Positions 1 through 9,003 of a stretch of DNA of 64,000 nt are shown piece by piece. A model generated the notes under the pieces. The model saw nothing but the letters and a program-made list of their open reading frames with translations, did no database searches and was not told where the DNA came from. Made by a program: the position numbers and the translations under genes. The stretch is from Bacteroidota bacterium (GTDB lineage Bacteria; Bacteroidota; Bacteroidia; Chitinophagales; UBA8649), in assembly GCA_002862745.1 (NCBI GenBank), contig PKDX01000048.1, forward strand, positions 8,696-72,695, read 5' to 3'. Numbering within the stretch: the stretch's first letter is position 1; each line of letters opens with the position of its first letter.

Positions 1-1191
1 TCCATAGAACCAATTATGCCCCACTTCATGAACTAGGAGGTCTCGATATCCAGGGTCTTTGTCACCATCTAAGGTGAGCATGGGGTACTCCATGCCATCG
101 CGTGCATCAGCTACGATCATCTTTGGATAACCATACATGCCAATGTCTTCAGAGAATACTTGAATGATGGCTGCAGTGTATTCCGCTGCATTTTGCCATC
201 GACTACTGTGGGGTTCTTGGCAAAGGGCATAGGTTTTTACTCCTTGCCAATCCGACTCACCTATCCGATAATGCGGGTTTGCAGTAAAGGCAAAATCATG
301 TACATTTTCGGCATAGTAATGCCACTGCTTCCGCTCGCCCTCAACGTACGGGATAATAATCGAAGGCGCTTCGCCCCATGGCTTGTCCTTGAAGTTTTCA
401 ATATTAAGTTTTGCTCTGAGTTCTGCAGGTAATACATCATCACGGTTTTGCAAAAAGCCGGTTGCTCCTACTATATAGTTAGAGGGGAAGTCTAGCGTAA
501 CATCAAAGGTTCCAAAGTCTCCATAAAATTCTCGGCTGAGGTGCTGGTCAACATTCCATCCAAATTTCTCATCATATACAGCGATTCTTGGATACCAGTG
601 TGCGCCATTAAATTGAATGGCCCCGTATGAATTAAACAGCTTCATTCGGCGACGACTGCTGCCAAAACCATAGAAGGTTTGAAAATCAAAACTTAGGGTA
701 ATTCCTTCATTGGGAAGCAAGGGCTCATTGAGGTATACAAACAAAATGGTGTTGTCCATGGAAGTATCTACGACATCTCCATTGACCCTCAAATTGCTTA
801 CAACCGTTCCAAGCCCCATTTCCTCATAGTCGCTGTAAATGGGATCAACGCCATTATTTTTTTGAAGATTATCATAATATGCTCCGGGCTGAAAGGCATT
901 TTGATACAAATGAAATGCCACCTGTTCAAGGGTGTCCGGTGAGTTATTGGTATAAACCAACTCGGTATTAGCCTGAATGAAGTAGCGTTTTTCGTCAATG
1001 CGAGCTGTCATAGTATAATGCACATCTTGTTGCCAATACCCCGGTTTTATGGATTTGTTTTTCCAATAGTTAGGGTTTGATTCACTGGTAAAAGAGTTGG
1101 GGCCAGCATTTGGATTATAATCCTGACCAACTGAATACTCAGCGGCGAAAAATGTAAGGGCAAGAAGAAAGTATTTATGTAGACAGCGCAT
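1..1191 (-). CDS. M1-family zinc metallopeptidase (aminopeptidase N-like); C-terminal part lies outside the window
   Basis: Absent from the ORF track because no stop codon falls inside the window. My own minus-strand translation from ATG 1191..1189 gives MRCLHKYFLLALTFFAAEYSVGQ (signal-peptide-like) and stays open to position 1. It contains HWYPRIAVYDEKFGW and the zinc motif HEVGHNWFYG (HExxH encoded at 30..16), typical of M1 gluzincins. Confidence 0.75.
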   Translation of the reverse strand, partial: MRCLHKYFLLALTFFAAEYSVGQDYNPNAGPNSFTSESNPNYWKNKSIKPGYWQQDVHYTMTARIDEKRYFIQANTELVYTNNSPDTLEQVAFHLYQNAFQPGAYYDNLQKNNGVDPIYSDYEEMGLGTVVSNLRVNGDVVDTSMDNTILFVYLNEPLLPNEGITLSFDFQTFYGFGSSRRRMKLFNSYGAIQFNGAHWYPRIAVYDEKFGWNVDQHLSREFYGDFGTFDVTLDFPSNYIVGATGFLQNRDDVLPAELRAKLNIENFKDKPWGEAPSIIIPYVEGERKQWHYYAENVHDFAFTANPHYRIGESDWQGVKTYALCQEPHSSRWQNAAEYTAAIIQVFSEDIGMYGYPKMIVADARDGMEYPMLTLDGDKDPGYRDLLVHEVGHNWFYG

Positions 1192-1228
1192 AATAATTGA
1201 CTCTTAGTAAACCAACACAAGGTAAACA

Positions 1229-2347
1229 ATGCCAGATTCACCAGAAAATAGATTGTGTAGAATTCAACGGGCCATCGAACTACAAGCGGTGGAAGGTATA
1301 GGCTTGGTTTACGCACGCCGACTTTGGGAGCTTTTAGGCCCTTTACGGCACTGGGAAGATGTTGATTTTAATAAACTTCAACACAAACAATGTAATGCTT
1401 GGCGTAATCGACTTGTAATGCTTGAACGTCAAGGCTATGCTAATCGTCAACTCGATATTGTGTATCGCCATACATGGCAAGTGGTGTTGATTGATGATAA
1501 GGATTATCCTCCGTACTTACGTCATTTGGTTGATGCCCCATTGTTTTTGTTTGTTAAGGGTAATTGTTCACATCTTTTGCGACAGCATATTGCCCTCGTA
1601 GGTACGCGAAAGCCATCAGAAGAGGGGCTATCGGTTTGTGCTGATCTTGTCCAATCGATTGCCACGTCAGGTCGTAAAAATAGGTTGAGTATCGTTAGTG
1701 GTCTCGCCCGAGGCATTGATGCCCAGGCGCACAGAACATCTCTTTCTGAAGGTATTTGTACTCTTGCTATTTTAGGGAATCCGCCTCAGCACATCTATCC
1801 ACCAGAGCATTTTGATTTAGCAGATAAAATAGTTGATAATGGAGGACTTCTTGTCACCGAATTTTTGCCTGATGTGATTTCACGTCCTTATCACTTCGCG
1901 CAAAGAAACCGTGTGATTGCTGGAATGTCTAGATTAACGATTGTCGTTGAGAGTGCGCTAAAAGGGGGAGCGTTGATTACGGCAAGAAGAGCCTACGAAG
2001 AAAATCGCGATGTCTTTGCTGTGCCCGGTCGATGTAATGATAAAAGTAGTCTAGGATGCAACTATTTGATTGCTCAGAACATAGCTCAACTCATCGAAAA
2101 CCCCCAAACATTTTGGTCGTCTTATGTGTCGCGTATACAATATGGTGTCACGGAGGACAGCACATTATTAAGTGTCGAGTCCCAAGCGGTATTGGACCAT
2201 ATTGCGCAATGTGGTAAAGTAAGTTTAGAAGCCATGGTCAATACGTTTGGCACAAGTTTTCCTATCTGTGAAACCTTATTGGAATTGGAAACCGCGAGAA
2301 TTGTATCTTTCCATAAAGGCGGATATTATTCAATCCATGCACCATAA
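1229..2347 (+). CDS. dprA: DNA-processing protein DprA (Smf)
   Basis: 372-aa ORF with DprA Rossmann-like core motifs IVSGLARGIDAQAHR and FAQRNRVIAGMS. Has a C-terminal winged-helix-like tail. Confidence 0.85.
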   Translation: MPDSPENRLCRIQRAIELQAVEGIGLVYARRLWELLGPLRHWEDVDFNKLQHKQCNAWRNRLVMLERQGYANRQLDIVYRHTWQVVLIDDKDYPPYLRHLVDAPLFLFVKGNCSHLLRQHIALVGTRKPSEEGLSVCADLVQSIATSGRKNRLSIVSGLARGIDAQAHRTSLSEGICTLAILGNPPQHIYPPEHFDLADKIVDNGGLLVTEFLPDVISRPYHFAQRNRVIAGMSRLTIVVESALKGGALITARRAYEENRDVFAVPGRCNDKSSLGCNYLIAQNIAQLIENPQTFWSSYVSRIQYGVTEDSTLLSVESQAVLDHIAQCGKVSLEAMVNTFGTSFPICETLLELETARIVSFHKGGYYSIHAP

Positions 2348-3464
2348 GCGTCATTCACGTAATCTTCTCTTACTCCCCTTATCGCTGTTCTATGCGATGG
2401 GTGTTACCCTACGCGATTTAGCCTTTCGATGGGGAATCAACTCCATAATGGATTATGAAATGCCCATCATTGGAGTGGGCAATTTGACAGCAGGCGGAAG
2501 TGGCAAAACTCCTCATACTTATTATTTATTACATCACCTCACACAACGCGGTCTCCCCACTGCGTATTTAAGTAGAGGTTATGGTAGAAAAAGTACAGGC
2601 TATCGAGAGGTGAGCATACAATCCAATGTTGACAACAGCGGCGATGAGGCCCTGTTAGCCAAACACAGATTTCCACAAAGTAGGGTAGTGGTATCTGAAA
2701 GCAGAAGCCAAGCCATCCCCGATGTATATCATGGCAGACCAGCTCACCAAGTAACTCTATTGGACGATGCTTTTCAGCATAGGAGTATAAAGCCAGGACT
2801 TCAGATTTTACTGACTCGATATGATTTGCTTTTTTGTGATGATTTTTTGTTGCCCTACGGTAGGTTGCGGGAGTTTCGCAGTGGCTACTACCGGGCAGAT
2901 ATCATGGTAGTTACCAAGTGCCCTGAACATTTAACGATTGATGAGCAGGCGATCATTCGTGATCGACTGCGTCCACTGTCCTATCAATACGTTTGTTTTA
3001 CCACCACAGACAACAATTCCCCTTATGGGGTGACATCTGGCGGTGCAGAGAGAATTTCTGAGCATGAAAAGCCTTTGTTAGCAATAGCTGGGCTTGCGGA
3101 CAACAACGATTTCTTCGATTATATGCGCATGATGAATGATTCGGTCATATGTCGGGGTTACCAAGACCACCATGCTTTTACAGCCTATGATATTGAGTCC
3201 ATTCTATCGATAATCCGTCATCTTGAAACGGAAAGCAGCCTTACCATAACTGACATTCATACAACAGAAAAGGATTTGATGCGCCTTAAGCCGCACATAC
3301 ATCTTTTTGAAAAAAGAGGTATACGTCTTGTTGTACATCCCATTGAAGTTCGAGATGTCACACTTGGCGGTCCTTTGCTTCTCGACTTGGTAGATCATTA
3401 TGCTGATTATGCCGTGAAGCAAGCTATGAATGCTTTCCCAGAACCGCCATCTCCTGATTCTTAG
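2337..3464 (+). CDS. lpxK: Tetraacyldisaccharide 4'-kinase LpxK
   Basis: P-loop GVGNLTAGGSGKTPH near the N-terminus and the typical LpxK N-terminal membrane helix (LLLLPLSLFYAMGVTLRD). I prefer ATG 2337 (MHHKRHS...) over the track start 2247, which would overlap dprA by 100 nt. With 2337 the overlap is 11 nt. Confidence 0.85.
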   Translation: MHHKRHSRNLLLLPLSLFYAMGVTLRDLAFRWGINSIMDYEMPIIGVGNLTAGGSGKTPHTYYLLHHLTQRGLPTAYLSRGYGRKSTGYREVSIQSNVDNSGDEALLAKHRFPQSRVVVSESRSQAIPDVYHGRPAHQVTLLDDAFQHRSIKPGLQILLTRYDLLFCDDFLLPYGRLREFRSGYYRADIMVVTKCPEHLTIDEQAIIRDRLRPLSYQYVCFTTTDNNSPYGVTSGGAERISEHEKPLLAIAGLADNNDFFDYMRMMNDSVICRGYQDHHAFTAYDIESILSIIRHLETESSLTITDIHTTEKDLMRLKPHIHLFEKRGIRLVVHPIEVRDVTLGGPLLLDLVDHYADYAVKQAMNAFPEPPSPDS

Positions 3465-3519
3465 AAATTCATTGACCTCAGGGTAGAGCTACTAACCTTT
3501 CAAAGCTTATTTTTAAACT

Positions 3520-4344
3520 ATGGATTTGTATACTCAGATTGAAGAAACAAGACAATGGCTAGAAAAGAATATAACAATCAAGCCGAAATGGGGCATTATT
3601 CTAGGCAGTGGACTTGGTGGATTGGTTCGTTTAATCGAAAATGCTCAACGTATTGAGTACACAGATATCCCGCACTTCAAGGCTTCTTCTGTTAAGGGTC
3701 ACCAGGGGGCTCTAATCTTTGGTCAACTCGAAGGAGTGGACGTAGTCTTAATGGCTGGTAGACTTCACTATTATGAGGGGCATTCCATGAAAGAAGTTAC
3801 TTATCCAGTGCGCGTAATGAAAGCACTTGGGTGTCATTCTGTTGCTGTTTCAAACGCTGCAGGTGGTGTTCAAGAAGGAATGAGGGTAGGAGATTTAATG
3901 ATTATCAATGATCATATCAATGCCACACCCGAAAGTCCATTGCGCGGTATAAATGATGATCGACTTGGCCCTCGATTTCCGGAAATGATTGAACCGTATG
4001 ATAGGGAATACATTAACACCGTACAGGGTATTGCCAAGGAAGAAGCGATCGATGTAAGGGAAGGAGTCTATTATGGATTGTCGGGACCAACTTTCGAAAC
4101 GCCCGCAGAATATCGAATGATTTATCGATTGGGCGGTGACGCAGTGGGGATGTCTACTGTTCCCGAAGTTGTTGTTGCTACGCACGGTGGTATGCGCGTT
4201 TTTGGCTTATCTGTTATTACAGATATCGGATATCCTCCAGAAAACGTCGAGCACGTTGATCATGAATATGTTTTGAAAGCAGCCCAAGAAGCTGGGTATC
4301 GGGTAGAAACGCTCTTTCGTGGTTTGATCCGTGCTCATGGTTAA
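3520..4344 (+). CDS. punA: Purine nucleoside phosphorylase (trimeric PunA/PNP type)
   Basis: 274 aa with GSGLGG, GRLHYYEGH, SNAAGG, GPTFETPAEYRM and GMSTVPEV motifs characteristic of the inosine/guanosine PNP family. Confidence 0.85.
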   Translation: MDLYTQIEETRQWLEKNITIKPKWGIILGSGLGGLVRLIENAQRIEYTDIPHFKASSVKGHQGALIFGQLEGVDVVLMAGRLHYYEGHSMKEVTYPVRVMKALGCHSVAVSNAAGGVQEGMRVGDLMIINDHINATPESPLRGINDDRLGPRFPEMIEPYDREYINTVQGIAKEEAIDVREGVYYGLSGPTFETPAEYRMIYRLGGDAVGMSTVPEVVVATHGGMRVFGLSVITDIGYPPENVEHVDHEYVLKAAQEAGYRVETLFRGLIRAHG

Positions 4345-6202
4345 AGGGTTCGGCAATAGATTATTGCTTTTTATAAGCATAGTATGTTGCAGCACTTCGT
4401 ATGGTCAGCGTGAGGTAGGCTTAGAGACGGATAGTTTCTTTTATAGCGCTGAGCCTTGGAAAGTTTGTTCTATAGATACCGCCTTATCAAGTATTTACAA
4501 TTTTGATTTTGCTTCGGCTTTTAACAGCCCAAAAGTCGACTTGGGAAATACAGGAAGTCCGCTGTATGATTTACGTATGCAGGTTCAGCCTGCCATGCAA
4601 AACTTAGAATGGCGCAGTCACGCTCATGGCCTAAAAGCCTACAGGATGCCATTAGATTCTATTCAGTGGTACAAAACAAAAAAACCGCTCTCTCAGATTG
4701 CCTATGCGATTGGTGCTGAGCGTCAAAATGTATTCAGTGCCCAACACAGTCAGCGGGTCAATCTAGGCTTGGATTATGGCCTTTCCTTCTACCGTATGTC
4801 ATCTATAGGGTATTACCCCGAAGAAGAGACACGCAATGCCGCCTTTTCTCTCTACAATCGTTGGGCCTCAAATAGCGGTCGCTATTCGGGAAATCTCACG
4901 ATCAACTTCCATAGACTTCGTAGAAAAGCGAATGGAGGAATTCAAGAAGACTTTATTGGTAACGATAGCTTAAGGCTAAGCTCTCCTAGTTTGTATACGC
5001 CTGTACTTGATAATGCTATTCAAAGTGATCGTGGGTTTGGAATCTGTTTAGAAAGTCATCTAAACTTTGGATTGAACACAATGAGACAGATTAATGACTC
5101 GCTCCAAGTCTCTGATTTTCAAGTACAAAGTCTTTTAGGACATAGACTTACCTTTTCTACATGGTCAAATCTTTTTGAAGACCCGAAAAACGGGGATGAC
5201 TCTCTGTATTATGCAAGTTATGCTTGGCTTGATTCAGACACTTTTCGTTTGAATTATCAGTCCAAAGTATTGGAGAATAGCTTCTTTTGGCGCCGATATC
5301 TAAAGAATAAAGGACTTTTTGATGTTGAGGCAGGCCATCGATACATACCATGGAGTTTACAAGGAATAGATCAAAAGTTTCATGAAATCTTTGTTCAAAT
5401 TCGATACGTACTTCAAGGAAATCAATGGTCCTGGGAAAACAAAGCCCATTTGATTTTTTCAGGCTATCAAAGAGGCAGTCAGCATCTGTTATCTCAATTC
5501 CATCTTAAGACTTCTTCAGGCTTTGTAAACGTTGAGACTACTTTTCTTCGCCGTGTTATGAATCCCGTCGATCGTCTTGCTGACCCTAGTTACACAGGAG
5601 GTTTCCAAGTGAATTCGAGGCCCATGACCTTTGAGGGTAGATTAACTTATGGTCTTGGTGATAACTTAGTTCTTTCTGGGCACTATATTCTTGATCAGAA
5701 CCCTGTTTTAGTAGACAGCAACCGGCTCACCTTTCAGTTTAATGGTTCCGTTCATCGTCTTGCTGGAAGCCTTTCTTATAGTTTCAGTGCATTTAATGGC
5801 TGGTTAAACTGGGATGCTTTATTCGGTGCACAGATGACGTCAGAAGATATTTTTATCATGCCAACTTTTTATACTCGCCATAGAATGTATGCCGAGCAAA
5901 CCCTTTTTCAATCGAGGCTCATTCTAAACTTGGGCGCTCAGATAACTTGGAATACAGCCTTTCCCCGAATGACCTATGACCCTTATCTATCCCGTTTTGG
6001 ATTACCTCTGGACGAGGAGGCAAGTGCCATGCCACCAAGACTTGAAGCCTTTCTTGGAATTAAAGTCAGTCACATGAGAGTTTTTGTGAGAGCACAATAC
6101 CTCAATCAGTATTTAGGGCCTACAGGTTATTATGGCATTGCTCGGCACCCTGCTCGACCAAGAAATTACACGGGAGGTCTTGTATGGCGGTTTTTTGAGT
6201 AA
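4337..6202 (+). CDS. Predicted outer-membrane beta-barrel protein (resembles the Bacteroidota 'putative porin' family)
   Basis: Signal peptide (FGNRLLLFISIVCCSTSYGQ). About 620 aa rich in alternating aromatic/polar beta-strand-like segments and Gly/Tyr/Phe, with an aromatic-rich C-terminus (GGLVWRFFE). ATG 4337 preferred over GTG 4331. Family assignment is from memory only. Confidence 0.5.
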   Translation: MVKGFGNRLLLFISIVCCSTSYGQREVGLETDSFFYSAEPWKVCSIDTALSSIYNFDFASAFNSPKVDLGNTGSPLYDLRMQVQPAMQNLEWRSHAHGLKAYRMPLDSIQWYKTKKPLSQIAYAIGAERQNVFSAQHSQRVNLGLDYGLSFYRMSSIGYYPEEETRNAAFSLYNRWASNSGRYSGNLTINFHRLRRKANGGIQEDFIGNDSLRLSSPSLYTPVLDNAIQSDRGFGICLESHLNFGLNTMRQINDSLQVSDFQVQSLLGHRLTFSTWSNLFEDPKNGDDSLYYASYAWLDSDTFRLNYQSKVLENSFFWRRYLKNKGLFDVEAGHRYIPWSLQGIDQKFHEIFVQIRYVLQGNQWSWENKAHLIFSGYQRGSQHLLSQFHLKTSSGFVNVETTFLRRVMNPVDRLADPSYTGGFQVNSRPMTFEGRLTYGLGDNLVLSGHYILDQNPVLVDSNRLTFQFNGSVHRLAGSLSYSFSAFNGWLNWDALFGAQMTSEDIFIMPTFYTRHRMYAEQTLFQSRLILNLGAQITWNTAFPRMTYDPYLSRFGLPLDEEASAMPPRLEAFLGIKVSHMRVFVRAQYLNQYLGPTGYYGIARHPARPRNYTGGLVWRFFE

Positions 6203-6227
6203 AGAAATTTATTGCAAATCTTTTTCT

Positions 6228-7511
6228 CTACGTCTTCTGTTCTTTTTTCTCTGCAGCAGGGAAGAGCACATTGTTAAGAATTAGACGGTACCCTGGGGAA
6301 TTTGGATGATTTTTTAACTCCGTCACAGGATCGCCAACATAGTGTCGGTAGTCTTCCGGATCATGACCTCCATACCATGACCACATCCCTAAGCCAAACT
6401 TGCCATGAATGTAACGAGCCTCTCCAAAGGCGTCGTTTTCAGCAAGAATGGTAACATTGGATTTTAGTCTAGATTTCCGAAAGGCTGTTGTCTGCCCCAT
6501 AAAGCCTTTTACAATGCGCGTATGGCATTGGGTGAGCATGGTGGGAATGGGGTCCCATTTAGCAGAAAAATTAAACAATGAAAAGTAATCAACCTCTTGC
6601 GGCACTTGTCTTTGGAAGTTGGCATCAATGTCAGAATACTCATATTCCATAGGGTTGGTACGGAGGTTAAAATCTTTAAAGGCTAGTGTCTTGGAAAAAT
6701 CGAGTTGGCTTTGTGCGTTTGGAGCCATCGGATCGCCATCAAACATGGATTCACAGATATCGGTGTTTTGCGCGGCCAAGGCAATGTCATAACTATCGGT
6801 TGCCGAACACATAGCAAACATATATCCTCCTCCGGCCATAAAGGCGGAAATCTTTTTGACTACGGCAAGCTTGAGTTGAGAGACCTTTCCATGCCCATGC
6901 TTATGGGCTGAGGCTTCCATTTCAGCCACTTCTTCTTTATACCACGCTTGATTTCTGTAGGATGCATAAAACCGACCATACTGCCCCGTAAAGTCTTCGT
7001 GGTGAAGGTGTAGCCAATCATAGAGTAGAAGGCGTTCATCTAAAATCTCATCGTCATACAGCACGTCATAGGGTATTTCGGCATAGGTAAGGACAAGCGT
7101 AACCGCATCATCCCAGGGTTTTTTTGACTTGGGAGAATACACAGCCACTCTCGGGGCCTTTTCAAGTTTGACTTTTTCAGCATTAACCGATGGGCTTGCG
7201 ATTTCTCGCAGGATGTTATCATAACTGGCCGTTGAGACCACTTCGAAGTCAACTCCCCGAATACGGCATTCAAGTTGTAAGGATTGATTGTCAGGAAATG
7301 CGAAACTTCCTCCACGATAGTTCAGCAGCCAATCCCCTGTATATCCTTGCGCTAACGCCCAGTAGGTAATCCCATAGGCTTTTAGGTGGTCATTCTGATC
7401 TTCATCCATCGGAATAAGTATTGTTGCCCCTTGCAGTTGAACAGTGAGAAGTAGAAATATGCTTAGGACTTTGAAGAGCCTAGGTAGAATGTGAAGCGGT
7501 TGTCTTTGCAT
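6228..7511 (-). CDS. Conserved secreted protein of unknown function (family often auto-annotated 'asparagine synthetase B' in Bacteroidota)
   Basis: 427-aa ORF with an N-terminal signal peptide (VLSIFLLLTVQLQGATILIPMDEDQNDHLKAYGITYW) and an internal GGGYMFAMCSATDSYDIA segment. No AsnB N-terminal Cys2 and no PP-loop SGGxDS motif. Confidence 0.6.
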   Translation of the reverse strand: MQRQPLHILPRLFKVLSIFLLLTVQLQGATILIPMDEDQNDHLKAYGITYWALAQGYTGDWLLNYRGGSFAFPDNQSLQLECRIRGVDFEVVSTASYDNILREIASPSVNAEKVKLEKAPRVAVYSPKSKKPWDDAVTLVLTYAEIPYDVLYDDEILDERLLLYDWLHLHHEDFTGQYGRFYASYRNQAWYKEEVAEMEASAHKHGHGKVSQLKLAVVKKISAFMAGGGYMFAMCSATDSYDIALAAQNTDICESMFDGDPMAPNAQSQLDFSKTLAFKDFNLRTNPMEYEYSDIDANFQRQVPQEVDYFSLFNFSAKWDPIPTMLTQCHTRIVKGFMGQTTAFRKSRLKSNVTILAENDAFGEARYIHGKFGLGMWSWYGGHDPEDYRHYVGDPVTELKNHPNSPGYRLILNNVLFPAAEKKEQKT

Positions 7512-7709
7512 GCTGTAAATCTAACGAAGAAGAAAGAAATTTATTCGACGGTTATCATTGTTTTACGCAATGCTCAAGGCAAGTTTAGTCTAAGTGAAAT
7601 GTTTGTGATGAAGGTTTAGAATAGGGTTGGTCACTAAGTATAGGCCTATGTGTATAAGTGGATGTCCTGAATTGTAACTTCTGTTTGTTTACCAGCGTAG
7701 TAGACGATA

Positions 7710-8777
7710 ATGCCGTTTATGTCGTTTTTTTCAATGTATAATAAATCATTTATCTATGTCTTTTTAAGTCGACTCATGATAGGAGCTTTATTCACTTTGC
7801 AATTTTTGTTAGCGTCTTGTGCAATGGATGACGCGGTAAGTGAGCCCTCACCTTTTGTGCCCACAGTTCAGCGTCAACCAACGTATGAAGTTGAAAAAGT
7901 TATGGATGTGGTTTATGGCTATGGCTATGGTTACCATGCTGAATTAGATTCTACCATTGAAACAGCACTTATGCTCGATATCTACCGACCAACGGGTATT
8001 ACTTCACCGCGTCCAGTGTATATGTTCCTGCATGGAGGAGGATTTGTAGGGGGGGCAAAATCCAATGAAAATATAAAGGCAATGGGAGAGTACTTTGCTT
8101 CACGAGGATGGGTTTTTCTTTCAATAGATTACAGAACGACGGCACACATTGGTCAAGACGTATCAAAATTAGCACCGCAAGAGTGGATTAATATGGCACT
8201 TCAAAATATAGAGGAAAATCGAAGCGCTCAGTTTATTGCGATGTATATGGCTCAACGTGATGCTAAGGCTGCAATGCGATGGACAATGGCTAATGCTGAA
8301 CAATTATCTATCGATGAAAACTATATCACTGTGGGAGGAAGCTCTGCTGGGGCAATCACAGCCCTCGCCCTTGGGGTGTCTAATCTAGATGACTTTGTTA
8401 ACGAGTTAGGTGTGGAGGAGGACTCTACATTAGAGACAACCAATTTGCAAGAGACCTATATAGTAAACTCAATTATCAGTTATTGGGGATCTTCCATAAA
8501 GCTTGATTTTTTTGAGCAGATTTATGGGGAGCAACGTTATGATCGCAATGACCCAAGGCTTTTTATGGCTCATGGAACGATGGATAATACACCGTATACA
8601 GAGTTTTCAAATTCCTTGGATCTGTTAAACATTTATGCAACCCTTGGAATTTATGCAGAGCTCCTTCATCTAGAGGGTTACGGCCATGGTGCTTGGAATG
8701 CATATGTCAATAATAAAAGTCTTTCAGATCATTCCTTTGACTTTTTAGTCCAGCAACAAGGGTTAAATGTTCAATGA
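7710..8777 (+). CDS. Alpha/beta-hydrolase esterase/lipase, probable lipoprotein
   Basis: Signal/lipobox-like N-terminus (FLLASCAMDD), oxyanion-hole HGGGF (FLHGGGFVGG), nucleophile elbow GGSSAG (GxSxG) and a late histidine (GYGHGAW). Confidence 0.7.
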   Translation: MPFMSFFSMYNKSFIYVFLSRLMIGALFTLQFLLASCAMDDAVSEPSPFVPTVQRQPTYEVEKVMDVVYGYGYGYHAELDSTIETALMLDIYRPTGITSPRPVYMFLHGGGFVGGAKSNENIKAMGEYFASRGWVFLSIDYRTTAHIGQDVSKLAPQEWINMALQNIEENRSAQFIAMYMAQRDAKAAMRWTMANAEQLSIDENYITVGGSSAGAITALALGVSNLDDFVNELGVEEDSTLETTNLQETYIVNSIISYWGSSIKLDFFEQIYGEQRYDRNDPRLFMAHGTMDNTPYTEFSNSLDLLNIYATLGIYAELLHLEGYGHGAWNAYVNNKSLSDHSFDFLVQQQGLNVQ

Positions 8778-8816
8778 GGTAAGAATCTCATAGATTCTTA
8801 GATATTGTTGCTATGA

Positions 8817-8851
8817 ATAAAAAAAGCAGCTCGATTAAAAGCTGCTTTTTA
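8817..8851. terminator. Bidirectional rho-independent terminator between the esterase (+) and glmS (-)
   Basis: A-run, then stem aagcagc (8824..8830) pairing with gctgctt (8841..8847), then a T-run at 8846..8850. Located in a convergent intergenic region. Confidence 0.7.
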
Positions 8852-9003
8852 AAGAGTTGTTGGTTAGTTAAGGGTAAAATTATGGTTTGCTTAATCTTTT
8901 GAACAAAGCGTTAAACACTGTCAACTCATTAATGAATTTATAGAAGGCTTTTTGTTCGTACAATACGCCTATGGGCGTATATCTGAACTTTTTAGGATTG
9001 GAA

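Noticed and set aside
160-1316. Small track ORFs at 160..432, 261..443, 798..998 and 1047..1316.
   Set aside because: All lie inside or antisense to the continuous M1-peptidase reading frame (1..1191, minus strand), which carries the HEVGH zinc motif.
2247-2336. Track start of lpxK at 2247, which would give a 100-nt overlap with dprA.
   Set aside because: The extension (MAQVFLSVKPYWNWKP...) is read from the 3' end of dprA in another frame. LpxK N-terminal helix homology starts after Met at 2337.
8811-8900. 29-aa ORF (MNKKSSSIKSCFLKSCWLVKGKIMVCLIF) in the esterase/glmS intergenic region.
   Set aside because: It is built from the A-run, stem and T-run of the bidirectional terminator, so it is most simply explained as non-coding.
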